Shown here: positions 21,247-31,211 of the stretch, one piece after another
Layout: each line of letters opens with the position of its first letter
Numbering within the stretch: position 1 is the first letter of the stretch
DNA from: an uncultured Bacillaceae bacterium
GTDB lineage: Bacteria; Bacillota; Bacilli; Bacillales; DSM-1321
NCBI GenBank assembly: GCA_963754185.1
Contig: CAVWEP010000002.1
Location: forward strand, 830,192 to 894,191
Direction of reading: 5' to 3'
Length of the DNA stretch: 64,000 nt
The notes under the pieces: generated by a model
What the model saw: only the letters and a program-made list of their open reading frames with translations
Told to the model about the DNA's origin: nothing
The model's database searches: none
Program-made: the position numbers and the translations under genes

Positions 21247-21945
21247 ATGTTAAGAAAAATTGAGAATAAAAACATGGGTAGAAGTAACCTTGGTTGGCTT
21301 AATAGTATATTTCACTTCTCATTTGCAGAGTACTATAATCCACAAAATATCAACTTTGGCGTTTTACGCGTCATCAATGATGATTTAGTGGCTCCTCAAA
21401 CTGGGTTCAGTACACATCCACATCAAAACATGGAGATTATCTCATACTTAGTAAATGGTGAGCTAACGCATGGAGATAGCATGGGAAATAAAAGTACCAT
21501 TACTCGTGGACATGTTCAGTATATGAGTGCAGGAACTGGTGTTTACCACAGTGAACAAAACTTTGGAAATGAAACATTGCGATTTTTGCAAATTTGGATC
21601 ATTCCTGACAGAGCTGGACATACACCTAATTATGGGGATTATCGCTTTAATATGGAAGATCGTCATAACAAATGGAACCATATGGTTTCAAGTAAAGAAG
21701 GCAATGCGCCAATTAAAATTAATCAGGATGCTAACATTTACTCCTTAGAGCTTGATAAGGGCAAAGCAATTAGCTTCCCTGTAGCAGAGGGAAGACAAGC
21801 CTATTTAGTTCAAATCGAAGGAAGTTCTACGATTAATGATATTGCTCTAGACATGAGAGATGCAATGGAAATTGTTGAGGAAGATATTCAAATTAAAGCA
21901 GATGAAGCCTCACATATATTAGTTGTCGAAATGAAAGAACAATAA
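21247..21945 (+). CDS. Pirin family protein
   Basis: GWLNSIFHFSFAEYY, GFSTHPHQNMEI, HGDSMGN, MSAGTGVYHSE and LQIW motifs. Confidence 0.95.
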   Translation: MLRKIENKNMGRSNLGWLNSIFHFSFAEYYNPQNINFGVLRVINDDLVAPQTGFSTHPHQNMEIISYLVNGELTHGDSMGNKSTITRGHVQYMSAGTGVYHSEQNFGNETLRFLQIWIIPDRAGHTPNYGDYRFNMEDRHNKWNHMVSSKEGNAPIKINQDANIYSLELDKGKAISFPVAEGRQAYLVQIEGSSTINDIALDMRDAMEIVEEDIQIKADEASHILVVEMKEQ

Positions 21946-22009
21946 ATTTTATGTAAAAAGGCAAATTCACATGCGAATTTGCTTTTTTACATAGACCATA
22001 AATACTTTT

Positions 22010-22663
22010 TTATTCTAAAATCCCCAATAACATATACTCACGCTTAGTAATCCCCCCGGTTACAGGCAAATGGTGTATTTTTTGAAATCTTTTTACTGCC
22101 TTTTCAGTCTCTTCATCATAAATTCCATCTACTGTTCCATAAAACAATCCCACTGCTTTTAATCGATTTTGAACAAGCTGCACTAAGTTTCCTTTTGATC
22201 CCAATGCTAAATTTTTAAACTCCCCTTTGCCTGTACCTGTAACAGGACCATATATATGAACAGTAGTCCCAATTGGAATGATTTCAAACAACGCTTCTAC
22301 ATCTTCATTACGCATCCGAATACAACCGCTGCTTACATTTTTTCCAATTAAATGAGGTTTATTGGTCCCATGTATGCCATACTGTCCCCAAGGAACGTTA
22401 AGTCCTAACCACCTCGTCCCAAATCCGCCTCCCCATGCCTTGGACTTCTGCTCTACTTTAAATGTTCCAATTGGTGTTGGAGTTTTTTCAATTCCTTGTG
22501 AAATAGGATAACGTCTTATCACTTCATTATTTTTCACAACCAAAAGCTCACTTGACCATAGATTAATCTTGATATAAAGGGAATCTTGCCCTTTCACATG
22601 CATTGGTGCAAATGCCATCATAAACAATAACATGATACTAGCAATCCACTGATGTGTTTTCAT
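22010..22663 (-). CDS. L,D-transpeptidase (YkuD) with C-terminal PG-binding domain
   Basis: Signal peptide, TPIGTF, YGIHGT...SSGCIRM, and VDGIYDEETEKAVKRFQ PG_binding_1 motif. Confidence 0.92.
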   Translation of the reverse strand: MKTHQWIASIMLLFMMAFAPMHVKGQDSLYIKINLWSSELLVVKNNEVIRRYPISQGIEKTPTPIGTFKVEQKSKAWGGGFGTRWLGLNVPWGQYGIHGTNKPHLIGKNVSSGCIRMRNEDVEALFEIIPIGTTVHIYGPVTGTGKGEFKNLALGSKGNLVQLVQNRLKAVGLFYGTVDGIYDEETEKAVKRFQKIHHLPVTGGITKREYMLLGILE

Positions 22664-22679
22664 ACATGGTTACATCTCC

Positions 22680-23534
22680 TTATCGTAACTCTTCAACAAG
22701 CGAGTCCTGATCAATAAACCATCGATGAGTCAACCCTTCTCTCCAAATCGTAAATATAACCATCCTTTTTTCTCTCCCTTTCCCCTTCTTATAAATATCT
22801 ACTTGAACAGGAATATCGACGAGTAAGCTTTCATTCACATCTTTAATTGATTGTTTCGAAAAACTCCGAATCCCAAAGGATGTCATATCCTGAACACGTT
22901 TATGTAACCGATTTGGATGTTTAGAATGAGACAAAGTTAATGCTAAGATTTTAGGATCCTCTTGAGTGATGGCAATCGAAAAAATCTTAATTAATTCATG
23001 TGGATTTACTGTAGCCATATATTCATCAAGCTTACCAGCTGCCTTTAAAATCATTAACTTATGCGAAAGATCTTCGTTTTTCAAACGATGTGTAATACTA
23101 CCAGAAAAGTGAACACAAAAATGCCCTGGGAATCCATTTGGGAGAGCTCCAGCACCATGTGGCATTCCATGCATAGAGGCAGCAATCATTTGCTGATCAA
23201 TAAAAACCAAAATGGCCCTTCTCTTCCAGCTCCATTGATCATGATAAATTTTCTTCATGATTTGAGTATCTTTCTTAGTCAATGGTTGAACATCCGCATG
23301 CTGTGAACCTGCTCTTCGTTGAACCTGAAAGGATAACCCAGTTTCAACATCGATAATCGTGAACACAGTTTTATTTGGAATAATCTCATTCACTTTCTCC
23401 CATGGCAGCATCTCAATTTTAAAGTTAATAGGTCCATCTTTATCCTCCCACTCATTAGCATAGGCTGGATGATTGGTTATTAAGGCAACTATAAACATAA
23501 CAATAAGCACTCTATAAATTGTTTTACTGTTCAT
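22680..23534 (-). CDS. Exported protein of unknown function with a MHGMPHG...GHFCVHF motif
   Basis: Signal-like N-terminus and an intact 284-aa ORF 16 bp upstream of the L,D-transpeptidase. Confidence 0.8.
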   Translation of the reverse strand: MNSKTIYRVLIVMFIVALITNHPAYANEWEDKDGPINFKIEMLPWEKVNEIIPNKTVFTIIDVETGLSFQVQRRAGSQHADVQPLTKKDTQIMKKIYHDQWSWKRRAILVFIDQQMIAASMHGMPHGAGALPNGFPGHFCVHFSGSITHRLKNEDLSHKLMILKAAGKLDEYMATVNPHELIKIFSIAITQEDPKILALTLSHSKHPNRLHKRVQDMTSFGIRSFSKQSIKDVNESLLVDIPVQVDIYKKGKGREKRMVIFTIWREGLTHRWFIDQDSLVEELR

Positions 23535-23569
23535 TTTCCATTACTCCTGCTCCTATTTTTTCTTTTCTT

Positions 23570-23599
23570 AATGTATGAAGTAAAAACTAAAAAATACGA
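23570..23599 (-). promoter_or_regulatory. SigmaE-like (mother-cell) promoter
   Basis: TCGTATT-15 nt-CATACATT, close to the B. subtilis sigmaE consensus (TCATATT...CATACAnT). Confidence 0.55.
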
Positions 23600-23612
23600 T
23601 AAGGGTGCTCTC

Positions 23613-24347
23613 TCATTCTCCTCCAACTATCTTTGCAAACTCATCTAGGGTCGTTGAGTACTTAATATAGATTCGTGGTAAAAGATAAAGTTCATCTTTG
23701 ATGCCCTTCTTAACAAATGGTTGAGGAGTTGTTGTGAGCCCAAACAAATAGTACTTCTTTGCTTCTGCTACAACCTTGTCATTGAAATTTCCATACGGAT
23801 ACGCAAGAGCAATAACTTGTTTACCCGTTATTTGTTGAATTTTATTTTTAGATTCCTGCAATTCAAATTCATAATTGTGAATCTTCGTTAAATCAGAATG
23901 TGTAGCCGTATGTGACTGGATGGAGATTATCCCTGAATCTGTCATCTTTTTTAAATCTGCTATTGATAGTCGATTAGAACGACCAATAAAGTCAGAAATA
24001 ACAAAAATCGTTCCAGTTGGTTTAAAACGTTCACTTTTCAATTTTTGAAAAACCTCAAATGCATGTAGATTATTTTTATATCCATCATCAAAAGTAATGA
24101 AGATAGGCTTCTCTACTCGGTCAAGATCTTGCCATCGCTCAAACGTTAATAATGTATAACCATGATCGCGTAAATACGTCATTTGTTTCTCAAAATTCTT
24201 CGGGGTTACATATAACTCTTTTGAACCGTGGCCCGTAAATTCGTTGATGGAATGATAAATCAAGATAGGAATTTTTTGTTGCGCCAAAGCTGGCTCCGGA
24301 AGACACAAAGTAATCAAACATAATAAAAAAATCACCGTCTTTTTCAT
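23613..24347 (-). CDS. Polysaccharide deacetylase (CE4/NodB, YxkH-like)
   Basis: Signal peptide; IPILIYH, ITFDDGY, QSHTATH and LAYPYG motifs. Confidence 0.92.
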   Translation of the reverse strand: MKKTVIFLLCLITLCLPEPALAQQKIPILIYHSINEFTGHGSKELYVTPKNFEKQMTYLRDHGYTLLTFERWQDLDRVEKPIFITFDDGYKNNLHAFEVFQKLKSERFKPTGTIFVISDFIGRSNRLSIADLKKMTDSGIISIQSHTATHSDLTKIHNYEFELQESKNKIQQITGKQVIALAYPYGNFNDKVVAEAKKYYLFGLTTTPQPFVKKGIKDELYLLPRIYIKYSTTLDEFAKIVGGE

Positions 24348-24620
24348 AAAACGCCTCACTTTTTCCCTTTGTCATATCTTGCTCACTTATTATTCCTCAG
24401 GTAACTTCCTTCTATAAAAATAATTCTGCTCATTTAAAATAAAAAAACTTTCTCCTATACGAGAAAGCATGCTAACGCCTCCAATCTTGGAAGCTCATTC
24501 TGATGTTGGTACCAGGTAGAGGGAAATGTTTGTGCGGATAAAGCAAAGTATATATCTTTCTGATGTATTGTATGCTAAACGAAGTTAGATGGTTTGGATA
24601 TCCCTCTAGAAAGAGAATGC

Positions 24621-25043
24621 CTATTGATTCGGATACGTTTCTTTCAAAAACTTGATAGATTGATTAATTAACGCTTTTAACACATCAATATCAATATCTG
24701 CTACTTTATTAATATAAACACACGCTTTACCTGTCGTATGTTTTCCAAAAGCCTTTAACAACTCCTCTCGCTCCGTATCACCCGTTGCAAAATACAAACT
24801 GATTTTCGCTTTACGAGGGGAAAAGCCAACTAGTGGTGCATCGCCTTCGTGACTAGATTCATATTTGTAATGATACGAACCGAATCCAATAATACTTGTT
24901 CCCCACATCTTGGCTTGAAAACCTGTCGTTTCAGTAAAAATATCTAATAATTGATAGGCATCTTCACGTTTTTTCAGGCTTTCAACTTTTTCTATAAACT
25001 CAATAACACTGCTATCATTTTCTTTTGTTTTTAATTCGTACAT
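24621..25043 (-). CDS. DUF1801-family protein
   Basis: KMWGTSIIGFGSYHYKY...GFSPRKAKISLY...LGKH-like TTGKACVYI motifs. Confidence 0.85.
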   Translation of the reverse strand: MYELKTKENDSSVIEFIEKVESLKKREDAYQLLDIFTETTGFQAKMWGTSIIGFGSYHYKYESSHEGDAPLVGFSPRKAKISLYFATGDTEREELLKAFGKHTTGKACVYINKVADIDIDVLKALINQSIKFLKETYPNQ

Positions 25044-25365
25044 ATATGAAAATCCTCCTTTTCTTCAGTATAAATCAAATCTTTAAAAAATCAGAGCTTT
25101 AAAAAGCATAACGATATAGACCGTAGTATAAAGGACCAACAAAGATAACTAATATTACTTTACAACCATAACCATTTTCCTCTTTCTTTTTTTCCTTCTA
25201 TTATAAAACTAATCATTTGATAAAGATATCAATCAAATGTAGGTAACTAACGATGACATACATAGCAAAATATATTTGTCAAAATTTTTGTAAGCTGAAT
25301 AATTGAAATCATAACAAGAGACAGTTCATAGGTCCATTTATGTGACCTAGGAGCTGTCTCTTCCC

Positions 25366-26385
25366 TTAGCTTCTATAGCATTGAATCACTCTGTTATAAA
25401 TCGCTCTCGCTCTTGAAGTTTCATGGGTACCATGAATAATCGCGCGACCATCTTTAAATAACACCATTCGATAATCTTCGAAAGAACAAGAAAGTAAATA
25501 GGGATTGACCATTACATTTGTCACTACTCCGCTCACATCTTGTGCTAAGCGATCAAGCGAAATCGATATAGACGTGGCTGGACGGATTTGAATGGCGTCT
25601 CTCCCGCATAACACGTCAGCTTTGGTTTGGTTTTCAAATGCTAAGTGTGGAAATGTTGGATGCTCACCACATGTAGGACAATGTCTATTCTTCAATTTAG
25701 AAATATTAATTTCTGATTTTTCATCCTTCCAAATATCAAAAGATTGAATAATCGGTGAAAGCTCGTGTCCTGTTAAAAGCTTTAATGTATGTGTCACTTG
25801 ATAGGCCGTTACCATTTGAACAATCGGACTGATAACGCCGACTGTATCACAGGTTATACCATCCAAAGGCAAATGAGCCATTAAGCAATGTAGACAAGGT
25901 GTCTTTCCTGGAATAATTGAAAAAGTAAGTCCATAGCTTGCAACACATGCTCCAAACAAGAAAGGAACTCCATGCTTAACCGCTGCGTCGTTTACAATCA
26001 TTCTCGTTTCAAAATTATCCGTAGCATCTAAAATAACCGATTTTCCTTTTACAAGTCCTTCTATATTAGTGGCATTAATATCCATAATTAGACTATCAAT
26101 GGTAATTCCACTATTAATTTGCTGCAGACGATTTTTAGCAGCAATCGCTTTTGGAAGCTTGTTAATAGCATCTTCTTCCGTATAAAGTTGTTGCCTTTGT
26201 AAATTACTCCATTCCACGTAATCTCGATCGACAATCGTTATATTGCCAACTCCAGCTCTTGCAAGCATTTCAGAGCTTGCCGACCCAAGTGCTCCTGCTC
26301 CTATAATAAGAACGTGAGCATTTTTTAACGATTCTTGCTCACTCTTCCCTAAAAATAACTCTTGCTTGGCATAACGGTTAATCAA
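25366..26385 (-). CDS. thiF: ThiS adenylyltransferase
   Basis: [27 protein letters not shown] and CxxC pairs; last gene of the TPP-controlled operon. Confidence 0.92.
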   Translation of the reverse strand: MINRYAKQELFLGKSEQESLKNAHVLIIGAGALGSASSEMLARAGVGNITIVDRDYVEWSNLQRQQLYTEEDAINKLPKAIAAKNRLQQINSGITIDSLIMDINATNIEGLVKGKSVILDATDNFETRMIVNDAAVKHGVPFLFGACVASYGLTFSIIPGKTPCLHCLMAHLPLDGITCDTVGVISPIVQMVTAYQVTHTLKLLTGHELSPIIQSFDIWKDEKSEINISKLKNRHCPTCGEHPTFPHLAFENQTKADVLCGRDAIQIRPATSISISLDRLAQDVSGVVTNVMVNPYLLSCSFEDYRMVLFKDGRAIIHGTHETSRARAIYNRVIQCYRS

Positions 26386-27148
26386 GAGGTCACCATCCCC
26401 GATAATGGGCTGCTTGCTACACCATAGTTTTTCTCTTCAATTCTTCCTGCTTCAAATCCAAGGCGTCCTGCCTCAATTGCCAGCTTCATCGCAAGCGCCA
26501 TCTTCACAGGATCCTTCGCATTGGAAACAGCCGTATTAAGTAAAACACCGTCAGCCCCAAGTTCCATAGCATAGGCTGCATCCTTTGGAGAACCAATGCC
26601 CGCATCAATAATGATAGGAACTGATGATTGCTCAATAATAAATTGTAGATTTAACGGATTAAGAATTCCTTTCCCTGAACCTATTGGTGAAGCCCCAGGC
26701 ATGATGGCATGGACGCCAAGCTGTTCGAGACGTTTCGCTAATACAACATCATCAGACGTATACGGCAAAACAATAAATCCTTCCTCTAATAGCATTTCGG
26801 ATGCCTTTAACGTTTCCACCGGATCAGGCAAGAGTGATTTGTCACACCGATGACTTCTACTTTAATCATGTCGCATAAGCCAGAAGCTTTCGCTAGTTTT
26901 GCTATTCTAACTGCTTCCTCTGCCGTTTTTGCTCCAGCCGTATTAGGAAGAAGCGTATATTTTGATAAATCGAGTTGTTCAAGGAAGTTTGGTTGAGACT
27001 CCTCAAATATATTCATTCTTCTAACGGCAAACGTTAAGATTTCAGCTTCCGATACTTCCACTGCTTTTTTTTGAATCTCAAATGACGAATATTTTCCTGT
27101 TCCTAATAAAAGTCTTGAGTTAAATGTTTTGTTTGCAATTTTTAACAT
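26382..27148 (-). CDS. thiG: Thiazole synthase, frameshifted near 26820
   Basis: [24 protein letters not shown], and [15 protein letters not shown] motifs split over two frames. Confidence 0.93.
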
Positions 27149-27150
27149 GA

Positions 27151-27354
27151 TTATCCTCCTCCTACAAAATGAATAATTTCAATACGATCTTTGTCTGATA
27201 GAATCGTAGAATCATATTGTTCTTTATACGTAATTTCTTGATTTACTTCAACTACAACAATCCGATTTTCTAAGTTATAGTGACGAAGCAATTCTGAAAT
27301 CGACTTAATTTCCTCAGGTAATTCAATACTTTTTCCATTTAATATAATAGCCAT
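27151..27354 (-). CDS. thiS: Sulfur carrier ThiS
   Basis: 67 aa with C-terminal HFVGGG. Confidence 0.95.
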   Translation of the reverse strand: MAIILNGKSIELPEEIKSISELLRHYNLENRIVVVEVNQEITYKEQYDSTILSDKDRIEIIHFVGGG

Positions 27355-27366
27355 CCTTTTCCACCC

Positions 27367-28481
27367 CTAGACTAACTGCTTCTGTTTTCGGTCTATTTTA
27401 AAGGCTTCTATCCACTCGCTTCTCATTTCCTTCTGCAAAATAAAATCTCGGATCATTTGTCCTGTCGCAGGAGCAAGCAGAATGCCATTTCGATAATGCC
27501 CCGTTGCAAATAAAATCGATTCATCCTCAGGATGCTGCCCAATAAACGGTTTTCGATCAAATGTATCTGGACGGAGCCCTGCCCAAAAGGAACGGATCTT
27601 CATGTCACGAATCGCTGGTAACATCGTTTTTGCTTTCGCAATGACAGATTCTATCCCACCAATCGTTTAGTTTCACTCCAATCATTTTCTACCATCGTTG
27701 CTCCAATCACAAACGAGCCATCATTTCGCGGAACGATATAGCTCTGTTCATGATATAACGTGTGTGTAAGCGTAATGCTTTTCATCATAAACAGATACAC
27801 ATTCCCCTTTTACCGGAGTAAGAGCATGCTGTAAGCCGAGCTGTTGAAAAAATGGGGAGCTCCAAACTCCACTTGCAATCACCACATATTTCGCTTGAAA
27901 AAGACCCTTCGCTGTTTGAAGCATATAACTGCCATCCTTTTTTTGAATGCAGTAAACAGGTGTATATTCTAAAATATCGGCACCTAATCTTTGAGCACTT
28001 TTTCCAAACCCGCGACAAACGGAAATAGGTAACACATTCACATCATCCTCAATATAAGCGGCACCTAGTAATATGGGGTGTAACATGAGGTTCTACTTTT
28101 TCTTACTTCATCTGCCTCCATACCATTGAACAGTAGGTAACGAAAGGGTAGAACGTAATGCCTCTTTTTCTGCCTCGCTATAAGCGAATTGGAAAATGCC
28201 CTCTTTTCTCATCTCGATATCAATGCCACTTAGCTCTTTTATTTCTTCTTTAACCACTGAATAAGCTAATTGACTGCTTCTAGCAAAAGGATAAAAGACA
28301 TCCAGTTCAATCCCCTCTGAATGAGCACCAAGCATCCCAGCAGCTGCACTCGTTGATTTACCCTCCTAATTTTTGCTCCCTCAAAAATAGCCACATCGAT
28401 GTTTTCTTTTGCTAAATAATAAGCAATAGAGCAACCAATAATCCCACCGCCAATAACGGCTACTTCATAATGATGTTTCAC
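27367..28481 (-). CDS. thiO: Glycine oxidase ThiO, multiple frameshifts
   Basis: VIGGGIIG, AAGMLGAHSE, WAGLRP and GHYRNGILLAP motifs over at least four frames. Confidence 0.88.
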
Positions 28482-29087
28482 TGATTTCCCCTCGCCATTT
28501 CGTCAAAAATTGTAATGCTGATTCCCTTGGATCTTTGCTGAAAAAATCCCTGACATAACAGCTATTCCGTCTGCTCCTACTTCCTTTAAGAAGTTCCACT
28601 CTAGCTGGTGTAATACCCCCTATAGCGTATACAGGTATGCTTAGCTCTTTTTTCATTGCAGAGATTGTATCGATTCCATTTGGAGACAATCCTTTTTTAC
28701 TATTGGTTTCAAAGCAATGACCATATAACACATAATGTACTCCATCTCGTTCCGCTTGTATCGCTTCGTCTAAAACATGAACAGAACGCCCCACTCGCAG
28801 ATGTGGAAACCTACTCTTCACTTCTGATACAGGCAAAGTCCATGTGACGGTAAGTGAATGTTTGGAATACTCGTCTAAGCAACGCCATGTCCAAGCGATC
28901 ATTCAAGACGATTTTTTCCTTTTTCATCCCGCCTTTTTCTAAAAGCTGCAGTAAGAGAAGGATTTCTTTGGAGTTTTTGATTTTTCACGAATATGTACAT
29001 AATCAACAACATCTTTTATTTGAAGTAATTTTGACGGCTAACTCCGTCACGGAATGGGAATCATCTGTTCACTGCAAGAAGTTTCAT
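28465..29087 (-). CDS. tenI: Thiazole tautomerase TenI, multiple frameshifts
   Basis: MKLLAV start, HIREKSK, VGRSVH, YGHCFETNSKKG and PVYAIGGI motifs. Confidence 0.85.
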
Positions 29088-29177
29088 TCTCTTCTTCTCC
29101 CTCCTCCCTAAGAAAAATAGAAAATAAAAAAACCACTCTCCTAACAGGAAAGTGGTTTGGTTTTGTATGCAAAGAAT

Positions 29178-29223
29178 CATTAGGAAAACACGACTTATTG
29201 TCCTTATAATGAAAGTCCATGTC
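29178..29223. repeat. Diverged single-hairpin module of the 9809/57515 repeat
   Basis: CATTAGGAAAACACGACTTAT...GAAAGTCCATGTC versus CATTAGAAAAACACGACTTAT...GAAAGTCGATGTC in the full copies. Confidence 0.7.
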
Positions 29224-29249
29224 ATTCCTTTAACGAATACAAAAAACGC

Positions 29250-29348
29250 CGCACACTTCCCTACGCAGGTTCGAACCTGTTCAGGTTTTGAGGGTTTAAA
29301 AGTAGCTACTTTATTCTCAGCCCTTATCAAGGGATCCCCTAGTGAATA
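29250..29348 (-). promoter_or_regulatory. TPP riboswitch (thi-box), with terminator at ~29140-29165
   Basis: CTAGGGG...GGGCTGAGA...ACCC...CTGAACAGGTTCGAACCTGCGTAGGGAAG upstream of thiamine genes; terminator AAACCACTTTCCT...AGGAGAGTGGTTTTTT. Confidence 0.95.
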
Positions 29349-29427
29349 TATTTAATTTTTCAACATCCACATTCAAAATAACATGAAAATTTAGTAAATT
29401 CAAGTTTAATTTCCGAAAATTTTCATA

Positions 29428-30327
29428 TCATTCATGCTCTCTCTTTATACCATTCTCTATCTCATCTACGTCCCTTAAATAATCAAGGATTTCGTCCCGT
29501 ATCTCGTCCCTTTGTAAGGCAAAATCTAATGTTGCTTTAATAAATCCTATTTTATCCCCTATATCATAACGGGTTCCTTCAAAGTTATACGCTAACACAA
29601 CCTGCTGCTTATTTAACTCATTGATGGCATCTGTCAACTGAAGTTCATCACCTTGTCCAATAGGAATCCTTTCGAGAATATCAAAAATTTCTGGTCTTAA
29701 TACATAGCGCCCCATAATGGCATAGTTGGACGGTGCCTCCTCTTTACGTGGCTTTTCTACTAACGTATCAATATACAAAAGATTAGACTCAATAATGGAT
29801 CCTTTTGGCTTAATAATGCCATATTTATGGACTTCCTTTTCTGGAACGCTTTGAACCCCTACTACAGAACTGTTGTAATACTCGAAAACATTAATAATTT
29901 GCTTTAGACAAGGTGTATCTGACATCACAATGTCGTCTCCTAATAAAATCGCAAAGGGCTCATTGCCAATAAAACTTTTGGCACAAAGAATAGCATGTCC
30001 AAGCCCTTTCGGTTCCTTTTGGCGAACATAATAAATATTAACTAAGTTTGATATTTTTTGAACTTCCTCTAACATGACGAGCTGATTTTTCTTTAATAAC
30101 GCCTCCTCCAGTTCAAAGGATTTGTCAAAGTGATCCTCTATTGACCGTTTCCCTCTGCCGATAATAATCACGATTTCCTCTATTCCCGAAGCCACCGCTT
30201 CTTCCACAATATATTGAATCGTTGGTTTATCCACAATTGGTAGCATTTCCTTTGGTTGAGCTTTTGTTGCAGGCAAAAAGCGAGTTCCTAGGCCGGCTGC
30301 GGGTATGATTGCTTTTCGAATTTTCAT
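29428..30327 (-). CDS. galU: UTP--glucose-1-phosphate uridylyltransferase
   Basis: [40 protein letters not shown] and VEKP motifs. Confidence 0.96.
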   Translation of the reverse strand: MKIRKAIIPAAGLGTRFLPATKAQPKEMLPIVDKPTIQYIVEEAVASGIEEIVIIIGRGKRSIEDHFDKSFELEEALLKKNQLVMLEEVQKISNLVNIYYVRQKEPKGLGHAILCAKSFIGNEPFAILLGDDIVMSDTPCLKQIINVFEYYNSSVVGVQSVPEKEVHKYGIIKPKGSIIESNLLYIDTLVEKPRKEEAPSNYAIMGRYVLRPEIFDILERIPIGQGDELQLTDAINELNKQQVVLAYNFEGTRYDIGDKIGFIKATLDFALQRDEIRDEILDYLRDVDEIENGIKREHE

Positions 30328-30434
30328 ATGCGGCCTCCCTTCTTCATTCCTTATAATTATGCAGTGAGACAGGCAATGGTCACGTTAACCGCCTATCTTT
30401 GTACAAAAACTCCTGTACCCTAATTGGCAAGGAG

Positions 30435-31211
30435 CTATTTTCGGTCAATATGCAAAGGGCGATATATTTTTTTTATAAATTCCCTTATAACTTCAGGAAG
30501 GATTTTCCTTCCCCGTTCAACTAGTGTATTCACTATTTCCTTTTTTTCTTCCTTCGAAACCAGCCAATCATCAGGAATCATAGATAGAATTTCTTCTATA
30601 AAAAAAATGGGAACCTTCTGAATAAGTTCCAATTGTTCAGTAAAACATTTCTCGTCTTCAATAAAAGATGCCATTAATTGATGTGTAGCACTTTTTATTA
30701 ATTCGACTGGTAGCTTCTCTAAATCAGATTGAAGCCAATTGTACGTTCCAAATACCTCCGCATGATCAATGGACCACAAGTGATAGAAATTTTCATGTTC
30801 TTTTTGCAAAAGGATATTTTTACGCGTTCGATCTCCATTATAGAGCCAGTAATCAAAAACAATAATACTTGCTAATGACTGATGATTGATAATACGAGGA
30901 ATCGTAGAAACTTGATGACCATCTAGACAATCGGGGATGTACAACGAAGCAAATTGATACTGGGTAACGCTCATTTGGGCTAGTTCGGGTATTTGCGAAG
31001 TGAAGTCTGGAGGAATTTCAACAATTCTAGCGAATGGAATAGGAAGTCCTAGATAACGAGCCAAACAATAAGAAATCCATTCATTTGGTAAGGTTTTCTC
31101 AAAACCAGGCTGAAAATATTTCACGACATAGTCTCGTCCATCATTAAACGTAATCAAATGGGCATTTGATTTCCCTTCTAGCTTCTTACGATAAGCAATA
31201 GGTTGAATCAT
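30435..31211 (-). CDS. HipA-like (HipA_2, PI3/4-kinase fold) kinase
   Basis: YVVK (ATP Lys), LPNEW, LGLPIP, FDYWLYNGDRTRKNIL and IDH motifs. Overlaps the GT4 stop by 4 nt. Confidence 0.85.
   Translation of the reverse strand: MIQPIAYRKKLEGKSNAHLITFNDGRDYVVKYFQPGFEKTLPNEWISYCLARYLGLPIPFARIVEIPPDFTSQIPELAQMSVTQYQFASLYIPDCLDGHQVSTIPRIINHQSLASIIVFDYWLYNGDRTRKNILLQKEHENFYHLWSIDHAEVFGTYNWLQSDLEKLPVELIKSATHQLMASFIEDEKCFTEQLELIQKVPIFFIEEILSMIPDDWLVSKEEKKEIVNTLVERGRKILPEVIREFIKKIYRPLHIDRK

Noticed and set aside
24420-24620. Possible gene remnant between the deacetylase and DUF1801 genes
   Set aside because: No frame gave a recognisable motif.
29061-29355. ORFs overlapping the TPP riboswitch (and 53313-53552 over the SAM riboswitch, 39036-39323 over the T-box)
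   Set aside because: They are chance open frames across structured leaders.
30340-30380. SigmaK-like promoter before galU (AC-17-CATAATTA)
   Set aside because: The -10 lacks the conserved T of CATAnnnT, which is too weak to call.
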